DNA of 64,000 nucleotides from contig NW_002060944.1 in assembly GCF_000150275.1 (NCBI RefSeq), positions 2,394,152 to 2,458,151 on the forward strand. The letters are read 5' to 3'. A program made the translations under genes and the position numbers. The notes under the pieces are model-generated. The model had not been told where the DNA came from. It saw only the letters and a list, made by a program, of their open reading frames with translations, and did no database searches. This DNA comes from Trichoplax adhaerens (taxonomy: Eukaryota; Animalia; Placozoa). Positions 52,336-64,000 of the stretch are shown here, one piece after another (position 1 is the stretch's first letter; each line of letters opens with the position of its first letter).

Positions 52336-54061
52336 CAGATTCTTCCGCCTAGTCTTGCCACGGCCAGTGCCAGTCCAGTGTTCAAAACTAGTACCGGGAA
52401 TTACTTACTGTGCCGTACCATCTGACTCAGTAGTTTCCCTGTTTTTTTTTATTATTACAGGAAGTTAGTTGCGATTTTGCTGATTGCGGAATAAACTAAC
52501 AATTAAATACTATGCATAAATTTAGTAATAAGTTCGATTAATTTTTATTCCCAGTTAATAATTATTTTCCTTATTTTTATCAACTGGCTTTGATCGTACA
52601 GAGATCAGTATTTGATGAAGTATGGAGTGATGCGCCCCATATTTGATTATAATTAATAGGCTATATTTGACATAGTTAGGTTAGTAAGAATAGATATTAT
52701 TATCATAAAGCTAATATTAGATGATTAATAACTACTATATTAGAAATTATTGATGAGTAATGCTAGCCAGTTGACTAATTATGATACAAGATATATGTGA
52801 CATGACATACTGTAATTGCGAAGATACCCTATACCAAAAGGTGCTGGATATTAATGGAAGAGTAGTGATATCTTAAGTAGAATGATTCGGGTTATAGAGG
52901 ATAATGATATCCTATTTAAGAAAAAATATTCTGTTTGATGACTCTAATCTTACTGTGCTCGTAGATTAATTAAGTTGTCATAAATGGATTTAGCGAAATG
53001 TATTGAACAACTGCGGAGATGAGCTCACAAGGAGTGAAGAGATTTCACTTCGCTTTGAGCTCGGAATACTTTAAATTTTAGATTAGATTCTTGTAATTAT
53101 TGCTCTACTATTCGTAAAGCCTTGTAATAAAAACCTTTTTAGAAATACCATTTGAATAAGACAATTATTGTGAGACACTTTAATTACCAGTGTTAAACGT
53201 CTGTACCGTACTTTTTTTGCAGACTGCTTGGTAAACTGATAAAGCCTGTGCGTAGTAAAGTCTCTAGATGATTTGTAACATACTGTATTAAGTTTTACAA
53301 CGATCAAATTCAGCAAATTTAACAGGTGGCACAGTTCTTAAAGTAACATATGTTTTAGTCTATCTTTCAGTTCATAGTATTCTATACGAAAAAATTCATA
53401 CGTCCTGATTATCCTCATTTTACATACGTTTAAAAGAATGAACTAATTAACTATAAGCAAGATAGGGAATGATACCGCTCGACACTCATAGACAATTGGA
53501 CAGTATAATGCAATGCAGATCTTTTTAAACTTATAATCCTTACCGCTCGTTTCGCCCGGGGAGGTAAATAAATTATTTAAAATGATAGATTGCATAGTCC
53601 ACTTAGGCTTGGACTACTAGAAGAAGCCTATGACCTAGTCCATACTACAGTATAGAGGTAGAAGGAAACCTCTATGGTCCATACTGTTGGCTTACCAGTA
53701 CGTACCATTACTGCATTAGTTGCTCAAGTACAGTAAAATATCCAGTAATATTTTTGACTAACTGAAAAAATTGAAAGTTTTCGTTCTGATGATACCATAG
53801 AGAAAATAAAAAAAATTTTTATAAGCAAGATTAAGTACACGATCTAAAATACTTCATTAAGAAGTTCTTAGTAATCATATCAAAAGTATCACGCGGTGCA
53901 TACAGAAAGTACCGTATTTTATTTTTTATTTTACTTTATTTTCCTAATCGTCTGAGCAGTACTGGCTCAAGGAGAACTTTTAAGACGAAATTTACCAATC
54001 TCTTTATGCGATCATATTTTTTGCGAAGGAAGTTACGCTCATCGTAGCAGATAGGAATACC

Positions 54062-56056
54062 ATGGCTGAAGAACGATTAAAAAAGCAATTATTTGATGGA
54101 ATAAGAAATAACGATCTATATAGTATTCAAAAGGCGTTAAATAATGGAGCTAAGATTGATATGACCTTATCACATTCTGATAAGAAAGCTGCAGACTATG
54201 CGATTGAGCTGGGCAAGGAAGATGCGGTCATGTTGCTAATTGCAAATGGAGCGAAACCAGACATGAATAAGTATCAACAAATGCTGCATTATTTTCTCGA
54301 TAAGTTGGCTATCAACCGTTTAAAAGACATAAAAGAAGCGTTAACAGCGATTGCGAATTATGTAAAACAGAAAGTCTTTCGGGTAGTGTTCTATGAATCG
54401 TGTCTACAAGATAATTTATTAGATAAACTATTTAACATACTGACTTTATACACTGATTCCTGTGGGGCTGATATTTTCTCTGTATTGGCGTATGCTACTA
54501 AAGATACAGATATTTGCGCATTTATTCGTCCGTTAAAGTATTTTGATAAAATTTTTTTCTATGCTACCTGTAAAGATTTCGCTAAAGAAATGCGAATTCC
54601 GGCAATCTTAGCTATCGTAAACTTGAGCATAGATGAAGAAACCGAGATTAAACTAGTTAATGGTAACATTGTTGAAATATTAACACTGTTACTGACAGAA
54701 TCGCATACAGTACCATTTTTTACATCTGTAAGTGAACAAAATGAGAGCATTCTAAGAGCTTTATGTGATTTATCTGTCGGTGAAATTGCTCTGAAGCATT
54801 TTGAAGAGGCCGGTATTGTTAACCTTTTGCTTAATACTCTGCAATCAGAACAAAGTTCTATTAAAGTTAAGGAATCCGCTGTTAAAATTTTATGGAATTA
54901 TCTATTTCATGACTCCGTTAAACTGCAAGTACAGCGAACGACTGTTATTAACATCTTGCAACAAGTCGAAGAGAAATTCGCAGATTATGTTGTTTCAGGT
55001 TGTTTGGAGGGAGCTTTATGGTTATTGGGTGCGCCTGTTGATATAGAGCCTTACATTCCGTTGACGATATTGGCTAAAAACTTGGAAAGTGGCGCAAGTG
55101 ATGGTCTAATTAGTCATAGCTCACAATTTCAGATATGGATTAGTTATCATCAAAATGATCTTGCAATAGCAATAAAAATCCGCTCATATTTGAAATATGC
55201 TGGATTCCGAGCATTTATTGATATTGATCGAAATACTAATGTTAAAAATGAATTTAACCTAAAATCCATTGCTAAAAATATAGATGAATCCAATATTGTT
55301 GTTGTATGTCTCTCACACAAATACAAGCAATCTCCATATTGTCACAGCCAGGCTCATTTTGCCGTTCAGAAAAAGAAGAAAGTTATTCCAATATTATTGC
55401 AAGCTAATTATAATTTACATGGGTGGCTTGGTGATCTATTCGGTTCTATACCAATATTGGATTTCAGTGACGGGAATGATATCGATAATAACATGAAAAG
55501 CTTAAAACAAGAAGTGATTCGGAGTAGCGGCGATCGCGATCAATTGTATAAGAATTACGCAGTCAGTAATAGTTCCAGCTTAAATAGATGGGACTCTGAT
55601 AGCTCATTACCCCGTGAATACAGTGAGTCTGTGATCACTAATGATGTTAGTGAACGGTCAACCTTCATGCTGACACCAAGCTCGTCGCTTTCTACAGTCA
55701 CTGCAGTGGATGACGTCCGGTTGAACTATACAAATAAACTTTCGAAATTAGGATCTGTTTATCCTAATGATCGATCATTTAGAGTATCATCGGCGACATC
55801 TAGTGCCCGTAATTACATAGATTGGAATGTTGAAAATGTAGGTCTTTGGTTAAATTCAATCGGACTAGGCTCGTATCGAGAAATGTTTAGAAATCAACAA
55901 GTATGCGGAAGTTCTCTTGAACAATTATTGCGAATAAGTCTAGATCCTATCCACATCGAATACTTACATAGACTCTTGGAAAGTAAATTAGGAATAGTAA
56001 AATTTGGTGATGTTTTAAAATTTATTACAGAATTGCAAAAGTTATCAAGCCGATGA
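54062..56056 (+). CDS. Intronless 664-aa protein: ankyrin-like N-terminus, ARM-like repeats, TIR (TIR_2-type) domain, C-terminal SAM domain
   Basis: Ankyrin-like LFDGIRNNDLYSIQKALNNGAKID...AADYAIELGKEDAVMLLIANGA. ARM-like AILAIVNLS / ILRALCDLS / AVKILWNY / LEGALWLL. TIR QIWISYHQND...YLKYAGFRAFIDID...IDESNIVVVCLSHKYKQSPYCHSQAHFA...KKVIPI. SAM DWNVENVGLWLNSIGLGSYREMFRNQQVCGSSL. Confidence 0.88.
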   Translation: MAEERLKKQLFDGIRNNDLYSIQKALNNGAKIDMTLSHSDKKAADYAIELGKEDAVMLLIANGAKPDMNKYQQMLHYFLDKLAINRLKDIKEALTAIANYVKQKVFRVVFYESCLQDNLLDKLFNILTLYTDSCGADIFSVLAYATKDTDICAFIRPLKYFDKIFFYATCKDFAKEMRIPAILAIVNLSIDEETEIKLVNGNIVEILTLLLTESHTVPFFTSVSEQNESILRALCDLSVGEIALKHFEEAGIVNLLLNTLQSEQSSIKVKESAVKILWNYLFHDSVKLQVQRTTVINILQQVEEKFADYVVSGCLEGALWLLGAPVDIEPYIPLTILAKNLESGASDGLISHSSQFQIWISYHQNDLAIAIKIRSYLKYAGFRAFIDIDRNTNVKNEFNLKSIAKNIDESNIVVVCLSHKYKQSPYCHSQAHFAVQKKKKVIPILLQANYNLHGWLGDLFGSIPILDFSDGNDIDNNMKSLKQEVIRSSGDRDQLYKNYAVSNSSSLNRWDSDSSLPREYSESVITNDVSERSTFMLTPSSSLSTVTAVDDVRLNYTNKLSKLGSVYPNDRSFRVSSATSSARNYIDWNVENVGLWLNSIGLGSYREMFRNQQVCGSSLEQLLRISLDPIHIEYLHRLLESKLGIVKFGDVLKFITELQKLSSR

Positions 56057-56760
56057 TTTGCAATAAAACAAGTCCAAGCCGCCTAATAGCCTAAAATATC
56101 TTTAATGAAGATAATAAATTTTTTGCAAGTCTGTTAATTTAAGTTAATCATGATCGCATGTAATATACAATATATCCGTAACCAGCAATGCGATTTAGCT
56201 CATTATCTTACTGTATATGCAGTTAAACTATAGAATAGAGATTGGCCAGTTAATCACTTTAATCAATTTTCAATTTATAATACTGCGTACTTAAACATTT
56301 GTTTACAGTGAAATTCGCTATCGATATAAAATTGATTTGAAACAGTGGCTTAATTTCTGTTTGCTATTCGAATATAATTGTTCTTGTGGTCCAGCTGAAC
56401 TGCCTTATTGCGGTTTTTTATACATTTACATCACTTTTGCGGAAATAATTTCACATTTGCTCAATAGCAACCCTAGCCAGGAATCCATTCAGTTTCTGGA
56501 ACAATGTTTTTTGAAGTCATTATCTCTATACTATCCTTTGGGAATATAACCATTATGCAATTAAAACAAACTAACGAATCAAGAGCATTATGTTGCGGAT
56601 ATGTAAGATTAAATAACAATTGTTAATGCTATAAAATAGCATACAAGGGATAGTCGAATTTAATTTATAGGTATTTTAAAAGCAGTAAGATATTGCAGTC
56701 GTAACATGATTTATTAGATTAGATATAGCGCTATAAGTATTTACATTATATTTTATATGT

Positions 56761-59700
56761 CTATTTAAGTACTGAGAATAAAATTATTAAAATTATTAAA
56801 ATTATAATTAACACAATAAGGATGCAGGTTTGTTTCTTGTCTACGAAAAAAGAAAGCAAATAAGGATTTTCTGGCAGCTATCTAAGTAACTATTAAAAAT
56901 TTATGTAGTGCTTCATCATGTTCTTACCGCCGGATAATTTTAATACTTTTTCAATTTTAATTAACGATCTATCTAATCGGGATTTAGTGTCGGTCATTTC
57001 TTGATCAAAGTCCTCCAAAAGACTGTTGTTGATCGAATGTTGAAAAATTTTATGTTAGGAATACACGTACATTTACAAACGTACCAAGTTGCTCTCTGTT
57101 GAACCTATAAATTGACTTACGCAGCTTGCTCAGTTAGTTCACCATCGATGTGCTGGCCCATCTGCTTCAGGACTCCAACACTTTTGCTAATCATTTCAAT
57201 TTGATCATCTTGTTGTCTAAATAATTGCTGAAGTATTATTGATCATGATCAGAGACTACCTTCCTTTGTTCATCATAAAATAATCGTAATTTAAGTGTTA
57301 TAGAACCTGCTGCTGTTTTTGATTTTCTTCTATGAAATTTTGATTTGATTGCTCAATTTCCTTATCTAGTCGGGTGTATCTATCTTGATGCCTACCTTTA
57401 CTACCGAGCAAAGCCTAACAATATTTCAAGAAGCACTTAAAAATAAATCACTATTGAGAAAGTGAAAATTAACTACAACTCTACCTCTCTTTCATGTTTT
57501 TCCTTTTTGGCTCTTCTAGATGTACTTGTTAACTCTTCCTTTATTTCCTATTCAAAGATAATAAATACAAAAATGAGTGCTTTAAAATGATTCAAGCTTA
57601 TTGAAGTTGAGATATGCATATCAGTAATAGCTACAGTATTACATACCTTAATGGTTTTCTTCGTTCGCGAGATAAAGGATTTCCTTTCGTTTATCTCTAA
57701 ATCATCTATTCTAAACTTACTTGGATTCGATTCTACTATAGGTACAGTCAGGTTAAGGATAATAGTGTACGTATATATATATATATAATTCTACAATAGA
57801 GATATTACATGCGCTTATCTACGGCTTATTTAACCCTAATGGCATATTCGACTTAAAATCTATTGTCATTTGATTATGAAAAGTATAAAAGTATGGGATA
57901 TTAATAGTCTCTTCAAGATCTTCTAAATCCCATTCCATGCTTCTAATATTATTCTTTAATTCATTGGTTGTCCAAGTAAAGTCTTCTTTGCTGGTATTTC
58001 GACCATCCTCTGAAAGTTCACGCCATTTTTTATGCAGAACAGTGGTGTTATTTAAATTCTTTTGTACTTCCCTAGATCACAACAGATGTAATACAACAAC
58101 TAAAAAATGATATTATACATTTATGTTATCATACTGTAGTAAAGGAAAATTTTACATTTACTAGTATTACGATTTACTATAAGTGCTCGAATTAGCAATA
58201 GTACCACAACAACACGTTGTAACGTAAGTTGTGATTTTCGATGGGATACTTTCATAATCTATCACTGATCTTTTCCGATAAAGCGATTGATTTCTTAATC
58301 ACTAATACCGTAATTTAAGACTTGTGGTCTATAAATTTACAAGTAGAGATTGCTTGCTCGATACTCTGTTGTTCTACAGGACTAAACAGTAACTACACGT
58401 ACTATCAATGTTCATGAGTGATGTATGCTCAGTAATGCTCCCGATTGAGCAGCCCAATGTATATGAATAGTATTATAGTTCGCTGCGAAATACGGCACAG
58501 TAACAGCCCTAAGCAAATACGAAAAACATTTACAAAACCGCTACGGCATAAATAAATTACGTTATTAAATGTATAGGTTACTATTGTATAGTACAGCTTA
58601 CTATAAACCAGACTGCATCACTTTTTACATAGTGTGCAATGAGTAGGGTGTCAGTGTGACTGGTTTCCAGTCTTTCCAAACGGCATCGATTAATTATTGA
58701 TCAATATTTTTCTTTCATGAACTGTTATTTCTAGTTATTACATTTAGAGAATACTTTATAATCAACCAGGTAACATCACCATCTTAGGTCAGGCCGTCAC
58801 AATTTATTATATGCTGTATATTGTATTACATACTGTACTTTCATATGTAAGAAAAGCTTTAAATTTTAACCTCCAGCTACGTGCATGTCTGGCAACTATA
58901 ATCGTAAGCAATCCAATCGATCGATTATTGTATAGTAGATCATGCTTAAACTTCATGTAAATAGGTCTACAGCCTTCATTTACATTCGTAAAACGCAATC
59001 TACAGTACGTTCTATACACGCAGCAGCTATAGCCTACAGTATAACTTAGCACTAATAAATGCCTACTCCTTCGTGAAATTCGAGTTGCAATATGTAGTGT
59101 ATTATACTGTATGTAAGAGTACTGTACATTATATCATGCAATTACTATCAAGTATTCTTTCAAAGAAACGATACTAAAAATCTCCATTTTCTTATTTTTG
59201 AAAGTGTTAAATCAATCTCTGCTATACCGTATAGTACAGTAATTATTTAATTACTGAACCCATAAATGTACTCAGTTTACTGTACCGTACGGTACCACGT
59301 ATAGTATTGTACAATACACCTCTAGGTAGTAACTAGCACACTGTATTATTAAGTACTGTACTGTAATGAATCTAACAACAGGAGTACAGAACTAAAAAAA
59401 TGAATTTGCCAAATCTCAAGTCACTGTTGCTATAACTTAATTTACATGTACGCCTAAAATTGATTAGGTATGTTATCTTCACTTACTGTACGAGTTAACA
59501 TATTTTCGTAGATAGTAGATAGTATACTCGTGTGTCTGGTAAATCTACAATAGTAATCCCTGCTACTGTACATGTACAGTAGTGTACTGTATTTTGAAAA
59601 GGATTGCATTCGATTTACTGTACTGTACTGTACTGTACTTTGTGAAATGATGAGAAGTTACTGCATTTGCGATGCTAGCCATCAGTGATGGTTTGATATA

Positions 59701-60233
59701 GGCTAATAACGGTATATCTTAAGGCAGTATCTATGACTGTGATAGATGAAGGAAGCTGTTACTAGCAGTCTTAACTTCCGGTAGAATATGATAGTTTTAA
59801 TATTCATGTATAATAGTTATATAATCATTATGAATTAGATGGAGCAATAAAAGCTAAAAGCTATTGCTACAGTATACGTACTATATAGTGGCAGCAATGG
59901 ACATGATAACCGTACTGAATTTATGATAGAGTATATCGTACAGTATAAAGGAAATCCGCTGCTAGTATCAAGTAATGCTATTAAGCAATTTATATGGTAT
60001 TTTAACATCAATACCGACATCTTCAGTAGCTAAAATGGTCTACGAAACCCAATATTAGAAATCATTAAAGAGTATAATTATACTTACAGTATTTTACGAT
60101 CGAAAGGTAAAATCTAATTTCAACTTAATACTGACAAATCTCGAGCATTCTTAAAGATGATAGTACATTCATGCTCACATACTTCGAATTCTACTTACGT
60201 TTTAACGACGAAAAACGGATCTTCTATCGACAT
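56761..60233 (-). CDS. STX6: Syntaxin-6 (Qc-SNARE)
   Basis: MSIEDPFFVVK, WTTNELKNNIRSMEWDLEDLEETI(T)IVESNPSKF, SNARE motif QQDDQIEMISKSVGVLKQMGQHIDGELTEQA...LLEDFDQEM, C-terminal TM CILIVLIIILIILIILFSVLK*. Confidence 0.95.
57742..57901 (-). other. U12-type (minor spliceosome) AT-AC intron in STX6
   Basis: On the minus strand the intron begins ATATCCCA and ends ATCCTTAACCTGACTGTAC (branch point TCCTTAAC, AC terminus). Removing it restores ...EETI-T-IVESNP. Confidence 0.9.
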
Positions 60234-60439
60234 AATGCTGCCAAGTTGAATGATTTATTATTTAATAATAATTATAATAATTGATATACAGTACTACTAC
60301 ACTATTAGCGTAACTAATGGATAGAATTTATTTTACTTTAACCGTAATGTAAAACTGCAAACACTCTGTGATCATATACTGCAGGGACTACTGTTATAAC
60401 TATAGGTAAGTACTGATCTAAAGGCGAAATCAGACTCAC

Positions 60440-61380
60440 TAACAAAACATACAGTATACAGTACTACAAGTTAAATTATAAAAATTATACACGCTTCCAT
60501 TGTAGTAGTACTGTACAGTACAGAGTACAGTATACACAGTGAGTCAGTCGCATATGTTATCGATATATCACTTTTCGGCTGCCATCTGCACGAAACATTA
60601 ACAGCAACAGTATTTCCAATATCAATGCAGTCGTACTGGAGTGTGCTGTACTGTACAGTATAATGTACTGTACAGTACAGTACTGTACGCTTATTTACAG
60701 TACACAGTACGTACTGTACTGTACAGTACTGTACAGTACAGTACAGTACAGTACAGTAACGAGAAAGAGAAAGGGGATCTTCTCCAAGTATTGTAAGGTC
60801 GTGTGTAAAAACTTTGCCAACTACTGTACGGTACGAATCACAGGTTCTCTGTACACTACAGTAGTACAGTACAGTATGATGTCATACCTAATCACATCCA
60901 GTACTGTACATGCGCAATGAGTCACTAGATTCTACAGTACATTCTACTGTAATGTACACTCACACAGTGCACGGTATGACAGCAGTTCTTGGTCTGATTA
61001 GCAGAGCTATCGTTATTATGACTTCTCTGATTAATTATATAATTGCTGTAATGAGACTAATGTTGTAGACATAAGATTAGGTAACGTAGTCGATAAAATT
61101 AGCCTTATTTTAGATTTTACCAATCTGTAAGTTATAGCTATACGCTCTAGGGAGCAAAATTACTTCCTGTAATATTGGACGTTTTGCTTATACTGTACAG
61201 TACTGTAAATACTGATACAGTACAGTACAGTACAGTGTACAGTACAGTATAATACTGTACAGTACTGTACTGTACACTGTAGTGTACTGTGCAGTGTGCA
61301 GTAGTGATTAAGTTACACAAGATTGTAAAAGCTATAAGCTATTTCGGAATACTGTACAGTATTACTGTACTGTAGGTTGC
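60440..61380. repeat. TACAG/CTGTA island between divergent STX6 and ZZZ3 starts
   Basis: Long runs such as gtacagtacagtacagtacagtacagt (~60731-60757) and tacagtacagtacagtg (~61216-61237). Confidence 0.85.
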
Positions 61381-61649
61381 AATGACAACTGGAAAGAAAA
61401 CCTGATTTCCATCTCTGTTCATCAAAATAAAGTAGAGGTGTAGCAACGAATCACTTTCACTACCAATCATTTGCTAAAGGTAATCAATGATACTTCCAAT
61501 AACATGCATGATACGTATAATTAATTAATTGGAAATTGTACTGAATTGGATATGTTAAATTAAATTTACTTGAAGACATGCGAAGAGAATATCATACCTA
61601 TACGTAATTTTGAGCTAAAATTACAAGCAGTGGTGCAGCAGTGGTAGGT

Positions 61650-64000
61650 ATGATTGCACAAAGAGGAGATCGGTTTTGTCCAGATAAAAGTATAGACCAT
61701 AAATTAAACAAACTTGGTGACACTGATTCAAGCATGATTGCAAACAATTCATCTCATGATAATCTCCCAGCTTCAACAAGTGGTAACTCACTTGCAGATG
61801 ATATACGAGTATACAATACTAAAGGGCAAGAATTAGAATTAGCGTATCTTGAATCTCAGGATGATGATGGCAGTAACGATAACGATGATGGACTGATTAT
61901 TGATGTTGGAGGTGCTGAAGATGAGAAATTTCATTTAGACAATGAAAATCAAACGAAATCAATACAGAATTATGATCATGGAAGTGATGTTGGGATTAAA
62001 CGGGACTATGAACAACTTCTCGGGAATTGTAATGAGTGTTCGTTATCTTTACTGGGAGCATGTTACGATAAGATGGAAGAAAAAGACAAGCACTATGACG
62101 TTGACATTGAAGGCCGATTCTTTTATGAATCTGATCACTTAGCGTTGAAAAATAACGAAGAGTAAGTAGAAATGCGAACAGAAAACGATCATGCGCCAGT
62201 GATGATTTAGACGAAAGGTGTCTTTTGTTATTATGCTATATAGATTATACTTAGTTGCTGTAACAATAATATTGTACATACGCGTAATTACAAAGTGATC
62301 GAACATCTCCATACGGAATTTCTAGAAATTGATAATACGATACACGGTTGAAAACTAGCACTATAATTTGTAATGATCAACAGTTTAAAATTACATGTGT
62401 TAACAATAGATAATTACTGGAATTTTTAACCAGCACCTCAAGACAGTTGCATTTATGTACACGTGCTATACGAATTATATGCATGCTTCTTAGGTATTGC
62501 CCTAAGCCGTTAAATCTTATTTTGAACGTATGAATGTTATGAATCTGGATATTATTACGTATTCTTAGTATCAGTTAAAAATTCGTACATATTTTCGTAT
62601 CTTTTCTAGCTACCAATTATTACTTCGTACACTTGCTATTTTAGAATCTCAAAGGGCGCAGGCATGTCAGGTAAATGATGTAGCATTGAATATATCGGAT
62701 GATACTGTTATATTGAGCTACGCTATATTGTTATTGTAATACATTGAATTATAATTATAAATATAATATGATCATTTCATATTCAGTAAGCATATAAATA
62801 TTCTGTCCCGTAATTTTTCTTCACGACTGTGTGCTCAAGAGTACTTGCTTACAATTATATAATACGGTAATGTTGATTTACTTTGAGAAAATTATCTTGA
62901 AAGTGCATACAGCGTAATGTAAGATGACATTAGTGATGCCACTCGAGTTGTTTTAGGTATTCTTTAAGTATCCTACAAGGATAAATTGTTACTGAAACCC
63001 ATTCGGTAATTATATATATATTCAGCTTATCTTACGTAAGAATAGGTAGGCTAAGTCAGAGACTACCCATAAAGTATAAAGCTTACTTTTATCAAGTAGT
63101 CTCGGTTAAGTTGGCTATATTCATAGTTTATTACCTGTGAATGACTGATTACAGCATTTTAAGCTGCGACTGATACTGTCCTATAAAGTAATTAAGATTG
63201 AATCAAAATTAAAGTGTTTATTATTGATTTAATAGGATATTTGCGAATTAATTAAAATTAGAAAAGATGCTCTCAATGATCCCGTTGCGTTCGTGAAGAA
63301 ATTACAAATGGATGTAAGTGTATTATATATGTATTGTTCATTGCACTCTGTTTGCTGTGTTATAATAAAAATTAAGGACACCGAAAATGTATGCTGATAA
63401 GCTATTGGGATCTAGCTGACAGCATTACAATTTCGTGGTGATAAGAAGTTGTTATCGTTCTTCTTATATATTTTTGTCGCTTAAATTAACTATTTGAGTA
63501 GAAAGACCTTGGTATGCCGCGGTTGCAAGCTGTATTGCAAATTCCTACTATTAAGTGGGACGAATATACGAAGGCTTTATCGACTCTAAGTCAAAGCGAG
63601 AACGATAGATTACTTAAGCGCCATTCAGCTCGATCCACACCGCTAAAAGGTAAAGGTTCTTGTATAGTATCTAACCGCTAATTTACTAAATTGATAAAAG
63701 AATACATAGCACTCTATCCCTAATTTAATTGTAATAACTTTTATATAATTAATTTAAAATCCCTGAATACAATATTTCATATTGAAGAGTGATATGATGC
63801 AATTTTAATCCCCATCTATTTATCTTATTTGATGAATCTAGATCACAATCTGCAACCGTTGATCGATGCTAGTCAACCAGAGTTGTCTTCGAATGCCTAT
63901 AAAGAGTGTGTGAATATTCTGAATAAGAACAATTAGTAGCTTTATGTCATGCTTAAATTGTTTATAATATTAGGTTGTCATCTTCTGATTCGTCGCTTCT
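61650..64000 (+). CDS. ZZZ3: ZZ-type zinc finger-containing protein 3 (ATAC complex), N-terminal exons; continues beyond the window
   Basis: Spliced: FFYESDHLALKNNE|DYQLLLRTLAILESQRAQACQ|DICELIKLEKDALNDPVAFVKKLQMD|KDLGMPRLQAVLQIPTIKWDEY, matching the conserved ZZZ3 block that precedes the SANT/ZZ domains. The start codon is uncertain. Confidence 0.82.

Noticed and set aside
54062-56056. Calling the TIR protein SARM1, or a bacterial horizontal transfer
   Set aside because: The domain order differs from SARM1 (single SAM after the TIR). Base composition matches the host and ARM/SAM domains are typically eukaryotic, so lack of introns alone does not show horizontal transfer.

Overview
AT-rich, intron-dense eukaryotic genomic DNA with short GT-AG introns and compact gene spacing. 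It comes from a basal metazoan and looks placozoan (Trichoplax-like), which is an inference from style and gene content. Manual splicing gives ten protein-coding loci: synergin-gamma (-, truncated at the window start), GPSM/LGN/Pins (+), ER alpha-1,2-mannosidase MAN1B1 (-), an atypical synaptotagmin (+), a putative DUS1L-like/TRMT10B fusion (-), ACTR5 (-), GNL1 (+), XPR1 (-), an intronless ankyrin-like/ARM/TIR/SAM protein (+) and syntaxin-6 (-). An eleventh, ZZZ3 (+), runs off the window end. The strongest finding is a 17-exon, frame-consistent 629-aa ORF joining a catalytically degenerate dihydrouridine-synthase domain (catalytic Cys->Ser) to an apparently intact Trm10 tRNA methyltransferase. 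Other highlights: a TIR protein whose presumed catalytic Glu is Gln, an AT-AC minor-spliceosome intron in STX6, a five-GoLoco LGN, a gene set mapping to human MHC paralogons (including XPR1-STX6 linkage), TACAG/CTGTA repeat islands at gene 5' ends, and a 153-bp tandem repeat whose hairpin shows compensatory changes.
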